From Dehalococcoidia bacterium (GTDB taxonomy: Bacteria > Chloroflexota > Dehalococcoidia > Lucifugimonadales > Australimonadaceae), in assembly GCA_965200975.1 (NCBI GenBank), contig OZ241740.1, positions 1,346,636 to 1,410,635 on the forward strand: a stretch of 64,000 bases of DNA. The letters run 5' to 3'. Positions 27,192 to 35,137 of this stretch are shown in pieces. Numbering within the stretch: position 1 is the stretch's first letter; every line of letters starts with the position of its first letter. Under the pieces are notes generated by a model. It was given only the letters and a program-made list of their open reading frames with translations, did no database searches and was not told the origin of the DNA. A program made the translations under genes and the position numbers.

Positions 27192-28289
27192 ATGGATTCG
27201 TGCAAGGCGGCAGTCTTTGTCGGCGCCAACATGCCGCTGGAGGTGCAGGAGTTCCCGATCCTGCCCGTCGAGCCCGGCGGCGCTCTCGTTCAGATGCGGA
27301 TGGCCGCCATCTGCGGCACGGACGTGCACGCCGCGCATCTTGACGCGACGCCCGCCCCGATGATCTTCGGGCACGAGAACGTCGGCGTCATCGCCGAGCT
27401 CTCGCCCGACATCTCAACCGACGTGCTTGGGGCGCCGCTTCGTCCGGGCGACCGCGTGATCTTCCGCGACGCCCCGTGCGGGCGCTGCTTCCGGTGCGCG
27501 CTCGGCGAACCCTGCGAAAAGTCCCGCCCCTATGGAATGATCCCTTCCTCCTCGCCCCCGCACCTGCGCGGCGGGTTCGGCCAGTACCTCCAACTCTCCG
27601 CCACTCCCTGGATTCTCCGTGTGCCCGACGATGTCTCGAACGAGCGCGCGCTCCTTAGCGTCATCGGCAACCATACCGCCCTCAACGGCATCGACCGCAT
27701 TGGCGGGATCAACGCCGCCGACACCGTGGTCGTTCAGGGTTCCGGGCCTATCGGCATGGGCGCGCTCAATCAGTCCCTCATCGCAGGCGCCGCTCGCGTT
27801 ATCGTCGTCGGAGCCCCCGAGAGCCGCCTTGCGCTCGCCCGCCGGCTCGGCGCCGCCGACACTATCGGCCTCGCCGATTACCCCACGCCCGAATCGAGAG
27901 TCGAGCGCGTAAAGGAGCTTACCGGGGGCCGCGGGCCGGATATGGTCATCGAGGCGTCCGGCGGGCTCACCGCGTACCAGGAAGGGCTTGAGATGGTGCG
28001 CTTTGGAGGGCGCTATCTCGTTATCGGGCAATGGACCGACTACGGCCCCCTCCCTTCCAACCCTACGCTGCTTACCCGCAAGGTTATCCGGGTGCAAGGA
28101 GTGGTGTCCGCAGCCCCGCGCCACATCATCCGGTCGTTGCAATCGATGCGCGCTATCGTCAACTGGCCCGTCGAGGAACTCATCACGCACCGGTACGCCC
28201 TTGAAGACGTAAACGAAGGATTCAGGGCCCACGAGAGCCTCGAGGCTATGGTTGCAGTTATCCTGCCGAACGGCGAACCCGCGGAATAG
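27192..28289 (+). CDS. zinc-dependent alcohol dehydrogenase (MDR family)
   Basis: ATG 27192 follows GAGGTGGA. CGTDVH, GHENVG, structural-zinc CGRCFRCALGEPC, GSGPIG Rossmann. Confidence 0.8.
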   Translation: MDSCKAAVFVGANMPLEVQEFPILPVEPGGALVQMRMAAICGTDVHAAHLDATPAPMIFGHENVGVIAELSPDISTDVLGAPLRPGDRVIFRDAPCGRCFRCALGEPCEKSRPYGMIPSSSPPHLRGGFGQYLQLSATPWILRVPDDVSNERALLSVIGNHTALNGIDRIGGINAADTVVVQGSGPIGMGALNQSLIAGAARVIVVGAPESRLALARRLGAADTIGLADYPTPESRVERVKELTGGRGPDMVIEASGGLTAYQEGLEMVRFGGRYLVIGQWTDYGPLPSNPTLLTRKVIRVQGVVSAAPRHIIRSLQSMRAIVNWPVEELITHRYALEDVNEGFRAHESLEAMVAVILPNGEPAE

Positions 28290-28299
28290 GAGGACATCT

Positions 28300-29460
28300 A
28301 TGGCAAAGGACGGCTACAAGATTATCGACAGCGATATGCACATTATGGAGCCGCCGGACCTGTGGCAGCGCTACACCGACGAGCGCTACCGGCCTTACGC
28401 GCAGGTCGGCGTAACCTCCGCGAACGTCCGCGACCTCCGCACGACCCATCCCGACGGCAGGCCCTGGGGCTCGCCCTCCACGTTCGCCGGCGGACGCCGC
28501 GAGGGCAATCCCAATACTCCCGGCGGACACAACTACGAGCGCAACCAGCGTCTCTACGCCACCCACGCCGAACGCGGTTGGTCGACTGAGGTGCAGCTCG
28601 AGGCTATGGACGTCGAGGGGCTTGATGTAGCCGTGCTCTTCCCCACGCGCGGACTTCACACCCTCGCCGAGCCTCATATGGAGCCCGGCCTCGCCGCCGC
28701 TCTCGCCCGCGCCTACAACGACTGGATGTACGACTTTTGCGAACCCGCGCCCGACCGCCTCATTGGCGCGGCTATGATCTCGCCGTTCAACATGGACGAC
28801 GCCGTCGCCGAGGTCGAACGCGCGGTCAAGGATCTCGGCTTCAGGGCCGTGTTTATGCGCTCCAACCAGATGACCGACAAACCGTGGCACGACCCGGTTT
28901 ACGATCCCTTGTGGAGCGTGCTGGAAGAGAATGACGTCGCCATCGGCTTTCACGAGTCCTCATCTTCGGGCGCGCGGCAGGTCGGCGAGCACTTCGACAA
29001 CTTCATGCTGCGCCGCGTCTTCGCGCAGCCCGTCGAGCAGATGATGGCCCTCGCCAGCTTCTGCGGCGGCGGCGTCCTCGAACGCCACCCCAGACTCCGC
29101 GCCGCCTTCCTCGAAGCCAACTGCGCCTGGCTTCCCTGGCTCCTCTGGCGCCTCGACGAGGCCTACGAGCGCGAGGCCGACGTCTGCGTCCCCGAGCTCA
29201 CGATGGCCCCAACCGAGTACTTCAAGCGCCAGTGCTGGGTCTCCGTCGAACCCGACGAAGAGCCCGCCCGATACGCGATCGATTGGGTCGGCAGCGACAA
29301 GATGGTCTTCTCCACCGACTACCCGCACGGCGACTCCAAGTACCCGGAAGCCGTCTCCAGTTTCCTCACCCTCGGAATCTCCGACGACGACAAGCGCAAA
29401 ATCCTGTGGGACAACTGCGCCGGCCTCTACAATCTCGCCCCGGTCGCTGCGACCGCGTAG
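28300..29460 (+). CDS. amidohydrolase-2 family protein
   Basis: ATG 28300 follows TAGGAGGA. IIDSDMHIMEP and C-terminal FSTDYPHGDS. Same subtype as 50431..51459. Confidence 0.75.
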   Translation: MAKDGYKIIDSDMHIMEPPDLWQRYTDERYRPYAQVGVTSANVRDLRTTHPDGRPWGSPSTFAGGRREGNPNTPGGHNYERNQRLYATHAERGWSTEVQLEAMDVEGLDVAVLFPTRGLHTLAEPHMEPGLAAALARAYNDWMYDFCEPAPDRLIGAAMISPFNMDDAVAEVERAVKDLGFRAVFMRSNQMTDKPWHDPVYDPLWSVLEENDVAIGFHESSSSGARQVGEHFDNFMLRRVFAQPVEQMMALASFCGGGVLERHPRLRAAFLEANCAWLPWLLWRLDEAYEREADVCVPELTMAPTEYFKRQCWVSVEPDEEPARYAIDWVGSDKMVFSTDYPHGDSKYPEAVSSFLTLGISDDDKRKILWDNCAGLYNLAPVAATA

Positions 29461-29482
29461 GCAGAGCCAAGGAGAGAACGCC

Positions 29483-30112
29483 ATGACCACCGTCCAGACC
29501 GAGACCGCATTGGACCGCTTTATCGCCAGGACGCGCGAACTCTTCGCCGACGAGCCCGACGAAGAGAAGCGCTGGACGCAGCTCGCTCCGGCGCTAAGGG
29601 AGCTGCTCGCCGACCCCGATGTGCAGGCCGCCTCGAAGCAGTGGCCCGTCAACGTTTTCACCGACCGCGCCGAGAACCTCCTCTTCTACGAGGACGCCGA
29701 CTACGGGTTCGTGGTGAACGCGCTGAAACGCACGCCGGAATCGAGGCCGGTCGCCGTGCCCCAGAACTCGAAATGGCGCGGCATCCACGACCATGCTCAC
29801 ATCTACACCCTCTACGGCGTGCTGGTCGGCCATGAAATGATCGAGCGCTACGTCCCCGCCGAAGGCGTCGAACGCCGCGACGACTACGTCGAAATCGAGC
29901 AGGTCGGCAACTTCAAGGTGGAGCCGGGCGACGTCGACCTCGTGCGCCCCTATGAGATTCACGCTGAGCGCAGCCTCGGCGAGGAGACCATCGCCGTCAT
30001 CATTCGCAGTCAGAAGTCCGGCGACTTCCTCCAGGGCCGTTACGATTACGAGACAGGCCACTACTGGCAGGGACTCGGCCCCGTCCAGCGCGAAGTCGAG
30101 ATGTTCGGCTAG
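29483..30112 (+). CDS. cupin, cysteine-dioxygenase-type-I-like (COG5553-like) protein
   Basis: 209 aa with ..GIHDHAHIYTLYGVLVGHE.. (cupin metal motif). Clear paralog of 41173..41799. Confidence 0.5.
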   Translation: MTTVQTETALDRFIARTRELFADEPDEEKRWTQLAPALRELLADPDVQAASKQWPVNVFTDRAENLLFYEDADYGFVVNALKRTPESRPVAVPQNSKWRGIHDHAHIYTLYGVLVGHEMIERYVPAEGVERRDDYVEIEQVGNFKVEPGDVDLVRPYEIHAERSLGEETIAVIIRSQKSGDFLQGRYDYETGHYWQGLGPVQREVEMFG

Positions 30113-30267
30113 CGCAGGCTTCGGGGTACGGATAGCGTTCTTCCGGCAGTCCACGAGGGATCGGCGGTCTTCCTTCGCCTCTACCCTTCTCCGTCTTCAG
30201 GGAGAGGCGATCCAAGCGCGCCCGTCTTGGACGTGTGCGAGGAACAAGGATTGAGAGGAAGGGTGCA

Positions 30268-30319
30268 GGGGAGGAGTAAGGGAGAACGGCTGCGTCTCCG
30301 TCCTCCCCCCCTCCTCCCC
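30268..30319. terminator. long imperfect purine/pyrimidine hairpin between convergent genes
   Basis: GGGGAGGAG-TAA-GGGAGAACGG / 8-nt loop / CCGTCCTCCC-CCC-CTCCTCCCC. The 3' arm is part of a ~30-nt C/T tract (about 30296-30326). Confidence 0.35.
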
Positions 30320-30381
30320 CTTCCCCCATGGGGCTGCGCCACAGAGGATGATCCGGCGCGCGCCCCTGAAGGGCGGTCCGG

Positions 30382-32817
30382 TTACGAGCACTCCATCGCG
30401 GCGCGAAGGCTGTTCAAGTTGTCGCGCATGAGGCCGAAGTAGTCCCCGTGCTCGTCCAGTTCGTTCTGGGTAACGCTCTCTATCGCGTGGATCGGGTAGA
30501 CGCCAGCCCCCGTCTCGCGGGCGAGCGACTGTATATTTGCGCCGGAGAGCACGGGCTCCAGCAGCACCGCCGTGATGCCGAGATCCTTGATGCGATCGGC
30601 GATGCTGGCGAGGCGCTGCGCCGACGGCTCTGTTTCCGGGGAGAGGCCGGCGACTCCTACCTGTTCCAGGTCGTACGCTAGCGCGATGTAGCCGTATGCA
30701 GAGTGAGACGTGACGAACTCGCGGTGGGCGCACGATCTGAGGCCCGCCTCGAACTCGACGTGCAATGCCCGGAGTTCGGAGGAGAGCGCGGCGAGATTCG
30801 CCCGGTAGAAGTCGGCGCCTTCCGGGTCCGCCTGGATGAACGCCTCGGCTATGCGCTCCGCCTGGATGATGGCGCGCAGCGGGTCGAGCCAGAAGTGAGG
30901 GTCGAACTCGCCGTGATCGTGTTCGTGGTGTTCGTCCTCGTCTTCGTGCGCGTGCTCATCCTCGTGCTCGTGCGCTTCACTTTCACCGAGGACGCCGACG
31001 AAGGCGACGCCACTGGGGGAACCGCCGACGCGCCATTCCTCCTCGATCTCCATGTGTTCGAGATGGACCCCGAGGACATGACCGCTATTCGGGTCGGCGA
31101 GGAAGAGCATTTCGCCTACGACGATCATCGAGGGCGAGGGCCGTCCAAACACCCTCTCGAATGGGCCGACCAACTGCATGGTCCCGACCAATTCGCCGTC
31201 GTGAGAGTCGACAGCGCGCAGGACGCCGTCAGCGGCGAGCGTGTAGAAAGTTTCGCCGTCGCTCGAGAACGCAGCAGTGACGCTGGGCTCGGGGATCACC
31301 TCGCGCAATTCGCGGTTGACCACGTCAACCAACCAGACGCCGCCGAGCTCACAGCACTCACCGTCAGGGAAGATGGTCGCAGGGGCGAAGAAGTTGTCGC
31401 TGTCACGGTGTCCGTAGAAGAGGCCGAGCGCGACCTCCCCACCCGTCTCCTCTGGATAGGGAATGATCTCATGCTCGTACTGCCCGTCGTGCCACTGTAC
31501 GAACAGCACTCCGCCGAAGCAGCCGAAGACGGCGCCGTGCGCGTTGTGCGATTCGCCATGCAGGCCCGGGCAGGAGTTGTTGGCTGCGTCGTAGACGACT
31601 TCATTGTCGAACGTGCGCACAACAACGCCCAGTGGCAGGCAGTCGCCTGATGGGATGAACTCAGTGCAGAGCGGGTTGTTGACAGACATGATGACGTGTT
31701 CATCGGATATCGCGAACCCAGTGCCGTGCTGGATTCCGGCCTCAAGCACGATTGGTTCGTAATCGCCGCGTGAGCTCGCCAAGTCCTCCTCGTTGATCAG
31801 AATCACGTGACCGTTGGTGTCGGCGAAGATGGCGGTCCAGCCGTGGCTGTTGACGGAGTGGACCGGCCACTCTTCGACGATCTCAAGCGAGTGGCGTGAG
31901 ACGGGCTCACTAATCAGGTCGTAGTGATCACCGTGGGGGACGTAGAACACGCCGCCGTCGAAGATGTGAATGCGGTCGTCGCCACTTTCGGGTCCTCGAG
32001 CGAGGACGAAGCCGTAGCGGTGCGTGAGGCTGGGGTAGATTGACGCGTTGGGCCCGGCAATTTCGAAGATTCCGCTCTCAACACCACCGGTCCCCAGATC
32101 GATTACGGAGAGGCTCGCTTCCACCCCGTCCGCAACGAGCAGCCGGCCTATGTGGCCGTGCTCATCCTCTTCCATGCTCCCATGCTCGTCTTCGTGCGCG
32201 TGTTCGTCTTCGTGGCCGTGCCCATGCTCATCCGCGAACGGGACCGCCGCCTCCGCGTACGCAGCCTCGACGACGATGCCGGACACCTCGTCGCCCAGGG
32301 ATTCGAGCACGCGCTCCATCCACAGCTCCAACCCCAGGCCGTTCATTGCCACCACGTCGGCCTCACTGATCGCGCGGATGTCACGCGGCGTGAGCTCGAA
32401 CCCGTGGGCCTCGGCCCCGGGCGGCACGAGGACCCGCGAGTTCACGCGGTCGCCGCCGACGCGCTCGGCGAAGTACTGCATCGGATAGATGCTTGCCACC
32501 GTGCTCAGCGGCTCGGTCGCGCTGACCGGCGTGCTTGTAGGCGGAGGGCTAGCGGGGGTGTTTGTCGGCGGAGGGCTAGTAGGGGTGTTTGTGGGCGGAG
32601 GGCTAGCGGGGGTGTTTGTCGGCGGAGGGCTAGTAGGGGTGTTTGTGGGCGGAGGGCTAGCGGGGGTGTTTGTCGGCGGAGGGCTACTGGGGGCGTCCGT
32701 GGGCGGAGGGTTGGCGGGCGTGTTCGTGGGCTCTGCATCTCCCGAGCAGGCAACGACCGCCAGGGCCAGCGTCCCGACGACGAGCAGATGGCGCAAACTA
32801 TTGAGAGCATATCTCAT
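30382..32817 (-). CDS. ZnuA/TroA-type (cluster A-I) metal-binding lipoprotein with ~390-aa beta-propeller-like insertion flanked by two His/Asp/Glu tracts
   Basis: Lipobox VVAC, then PT 9-aa repeats. N-lobe: YPMQYFAERVGGDRV..VPPGAEAHGFELTPRD. C-lobe: GEFDPHFWLDP..SHSAYGY..EPSAQRLASIADRIKDLGITAVLLEP. The insert spans aa ~196-638. Confidence 0.8.
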   Translation of the reverse strand: MRYALNSLRHLLVVGTLALAVVACSGDAEPTNTPANPPPTDAPSSPPPTNTPASPPPTNTPTSPPPTNTPASPPPTNTPTSPPPTNTPASPPPTSTPVSATEPLSTVASIYPMQYFAERVGGDRVNSRVLVPPGAEAHGFELTPRDIRAISEADVVAMNGLGLELWMERVLESLGDEVSGIVVEAAYAEAAVPFADEHGHGHEDEHAHEDEHGSMEEDEHGHIGRLLVADGVEASLSVIDLGTGGVESGIFEIAGPNASIYPSLTHRYGFVLARGPESGDDRIHIFDGGVFYVPHGDHYDLISEPVSRHSLEIVEEWPVHSVNSHGWTAIFADTNGHVILINEEDLASSRGDYEPIVLEAGIQHGTGFAISDEHVIMSVNNPLCTEFIPSGDCLPLGVVVRTFDNEVVYDAANNSCPGLHGESHNAHGAVFGCFGGVLFVQWHDGQYEHEIIPYPEETGGEVALGLFYGHRDSDNFFAPATIFPDGECCELGGVWLVDVVNRELREVIPEPSVTAAFSSDGETFYTLAADGVLRAVDSHDGELVGTMQLVGPFERVFGRPSPSMIVVGEMLFLADPNSGHVLGVHLEHMEIEEEWRVGGSPSGVAFVGVLGESEAHEHEDEHAHEDEDEHHEHDHGEFDPHFWLDPLRAIIQAERIAEAFIQADPEGADFYRANLAALSSELRALHVEFEAGLRSCAHREFVTSHSAYGYIALAYDLEQVGVAGLSPETEPSAQRLASIADRIKDLGITAVLLEPVLSGANIQSLARETGAGVYPIHAIESVTQNELDEHGDYFGLMRDNLNSLRAAMECS
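32540..32728 (-). repeat. seven tandem 27-nt units (five near-identical) encoding the (S/T)PPPTNTP(A/T) linker
   Basis: ggcggagggctagcgggggtgtttgtc alternates with ggcggagggctagtaggggtgtttgtg (54-nt super-unit). The last two units are diverged. Confidence 0.9.
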
Positions 32818-33082
32818 TTAAGGCGAGCCTCCTGTTTGGCTATAGGGCAGGCGTCAGTGTGAGTGCGCCCGGGTCCCGCGCATATGCGTGTCCGCGCCGC
32901 CTCGATTGCTTTCCAGACAGCCGTCGCAGCGGCGGTATAACGTCAGCCGGCGCCCAATGCGTCCGCCTCTCCAGGGATCTTGCTAGAGGACGCCGGCATC
33001 TCCAAGCAAGCGCAGCGCGGGGTAGGCAGTCGTCCGACCTAGGCGCGAACTATCGGGTTCTTCGGGACCAGGACCCTGAATC

Positions 33083-33123
33083 AGACAGTAGGACTGTCTT
33101 CACGTCCCGTCAATACTTAGTAT
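33083..33123. promoter_or_regulatory. two adjacent palindromes in an AT-rich island of a 568-bp divergent intergenic region
   Basis: AGACAGT-agg-ACTGTCT (33083-33099) and ATACT-t-AGTAT (33113-33123), both perfect. Confidence 0.3.
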
Positions 33124-33384
33124 CAATAACGAGCAAGAATGATACGCCCTACGACCTCACGCAGTAGGTGATGGGGAGGGTTTACAGGCCCCTGCCTGCG
33201 CCGGAGGCATAGCCTTCCCCCGTCTTCGGAGAAGAAGGCCGGATCCCTGCGCCCCAAGCCTCCCCACTCCTGTGGGGAGGGGGTTTGGAACGTCTCACTC
33301 CAGAGGGAAGCCCATGGTTGGCGCGTTGTGCGCCTGCGGCTTATGCGATAGTCTCGCCCCATCTCGCTGAGGAGGGCGACCGCT

Positions 33385-34539
33385 ATGGTTATGCAAGGCA
33401 CCGATATGAAGGTCGCGGAGACCCCAACCACCGGGCTCCAGGACTTCCGCATCCCCGACGCCTACGAGGACTGGCTCGAGAGCGAGGGCGTCATGGTGCA
33501 CAAGACTTTCTACATCCCCAACTGGCACGAGGTCGAGGTCGGCCCATGGGAGCGCAAGGGCGGCGAAGGCGCCGTCGTCCACATCGACAACCCGCTCCTG
33601 CCGAACGACCTCCACGTCGTCGACATCAGGCCCGGCGGCAAGTCCGAGCCCGAGCACCATATGTACGAGATCAACTTCTATGTCGTGCAAGGCCGCGGCG
33701 CCACCACTGTCTGGATGGACGAGAACAGCAAGCAGACCTTCGAGTGGAAGGCCGGCTCTCTCTTCACCATCCCCCTCAACGCTTGGTACCAGCACTTCAA
33801 CGGCTCCGGCGACGAGAAGGTGCGCTATATGGCCACCACTAACGCCCCGCCGATGATGCGCCTCTTCCGCGACACCGACTTTATATTCAACAACGACTTC
33901 ATGTTCCGCTCCCGCTACTCCGACGACGAGACCTACTTCTCCGGCAACGGGACGCTCTACAACAAGCGCATCTGGGAGACCAACTTCATCCCCAACGCGC
34001 CCGATATGGCCCTCTACGGGTGGAAGGAGCGCGGCGCCGGCGGCATCAACGCCATGCTCCAGATGGGCAAGAACGATATGGGCAACCACATCTCCGAGTT
34101 CCCCATCGGCACCTACAAGAAGGCCCACCGCCACGGCCCCGGCGCCCACCTCTTCCTGCTCAGCGGCGACTCCGGTTTCTCGCTGCTCTGGACGAAGGAC
34201 GACCGGTCGGACATGGTGAAGTGCGATTGGCAGATCGGGTCGATCGTCATCATCCCGAATGACGGCACCTACCACCAGCACTTCAACTCCGGCACGAAGC
34301 GCGCCCGCTACATGGCGCTCCGGGACGGGAAGGGCGGCTTCATCGCTCCCAATACGCCGGTTGGCGGCGACGTCTCGATCAAGGACGGCGGCATGCAGAT
34401 CGAGTACGAGGACGAAGACCGCGAGATCCACGAGATCTTCGAGGCCGAGCTCGCCAAGTCCGGCGCCCAGTGCAATATGAAGGCGTTCATCCCGTACTGC
34501 ACCGGCGTCGCCGGCGTCACCAGCGAGCGCGACACCTAA
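33385..34539 (+). CDS. bicupin, gentisate-1,2-dioxygenase-like family (paralog 1 of 3)
   Basis: N-cupin: PGGKSEPEHHMYE..WYQHFN. C-cupin: YKKAHRHGPGAHL..DGTYHQHFN (3-His type). Conserved tail GGMQIEYEDEDREIHEIFE..CNMKAFIPYCTG..SERDT. Confidence 0.7.
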   Translation: MVMQGTDMKVAETPTTGLQDFRIPDAYEDWLESEGVMVHKTFYIPNWHEVEVGPWERKGGEGAVVHIDNPLLPNDLHVVDIRPGGKSEPEHHMYEINFYVVQGRGATTVWMDENSKQTFEWKAGSLFTIPLNAWYQHFNGSGDEKVRYMATTNAPPMMRLFRDTDFIFNNDFMFRSRYSDDETYFSGNGTLYNKRIWETNFIPNAPDMALYGWKERGAGGINAMLQMGKNDMGNHISEFPIGTYKKAHRHGPGAHLFLLSGDSGFSLLWTKDDRSDMVKCDWQIGSIVIIPNDGTYHQHFNSGTKRARYMALRDGKGGFIAPNTPVGGDVSIKDGGMQIEYEDEDREIHEIFEAELAKSGAQCNMKAFIPYCTGVAGVTSERDT

Positions 34540-34551
34540 GCGCGGCATTGG

Positions 34552-34604
34552 CGCCCGCCTCTCCTCCGAAAGCAGAGCAGAGCGGAAGGGGAGAGGCGGG
34601 CGCG
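34552..34604 (+). terminator. long hairpin after bicupin 1 (14-bp perfect outer stem GCGCCCGCCTCTCC/GGAGAGGCGGGCGC plus inner TCCG/CGGA)
   Basis: Read directly from the sequence, 13 nt after the stop. No U tract. Confidence 0.4.
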
Positions 34605-34662
34605 AGCAAAGGCGCCCGGCGGTTACACATTCTCCCTTCTTCGGAAGGAGCACGGACGGCCA

Positions 34663-35130
34663 ATGAAATACCAAGGCAAGGTTGAATTCGCGGCCCAGCC
34701 GCTCACGGTGTGGAACACCGTGCTCGATATGGAGCAGTTCGTCGCCTGCTTCCCCGGCGTCGACGACATCGTCATGGTCGATGACCGCACGTTCGAGGGG
34801 GGAATGAAGGCGCAGGTCGGCCCTGTGGCCGGGGACTTCACGTTCCGCGCCCAGATCGTCGAGGCGGAAGAGCCGGTGCGGCTCCGGGCCGAAGTCGTCG
34901 GCGAGGACTCGCTCACCAAGAGCCAGATGACCGCCGACATCGAAATGAGCCTGGCGCCGCTGGGCGCCGACCGCGCTCAACTCTCCTACCTCTCGGAAGT
35001 GCGCATCAAAGGCAGGCTCGGCATCGTCGGCGATATGATCATCAGAGCGACCGGGGCGCAGGTCATCGAAGAATTCTTTCGCCGGCTGCGCGTCCGGGTG
35101 GAACCATCGGAAACCGGCGCGGAGGCCTGA
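34663..35130 (+). CDS. SRPBCC/CoxG-family protein
   Basis: 155 aa. ..PLTVWNTVLDMEQFVACFPGV..GPVAGDFTF..IKGRLGIVGDMII.. resembles carbon monoxide dehydrogenase subunit G-like proteins. Confidence 0.6.
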   Translation: MKYQGKVEFAAQPLTVWNTVLDMEQFVACFPGVDDIVMVDDRTFEGGMKAQVGPVAGDFTFRAQIVEAEEPVRLRAEVVGEDSLTKSQMTADIEMSLAPLGADRAQLSYLSEVRIKGRLGIVGDMIIRATGAQVIEEFFRRLRVRVEPSETGAEA

Positions 35131-35137
35131 ACCCGCC

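Noticed and set aside
33083-33123. A definite Zur/Fur box upstream of the ZnuA-like gene.
   Set aside because: The palindromes do not match the Zur/Fur consensus sequences I remember, and they lie about 270-300 nt from the start codon. They are kept only as unassigned candidate operators.
32859-33452. ORFs 32859-33167 (+) and 33123-33452 (-) in the long intergenic region as small protein genes.
   Set aside because: There is no SD, the translations are Arg/Ser/Pro-rich, they overlap each other and the palindromes, and no motif is recognisable.
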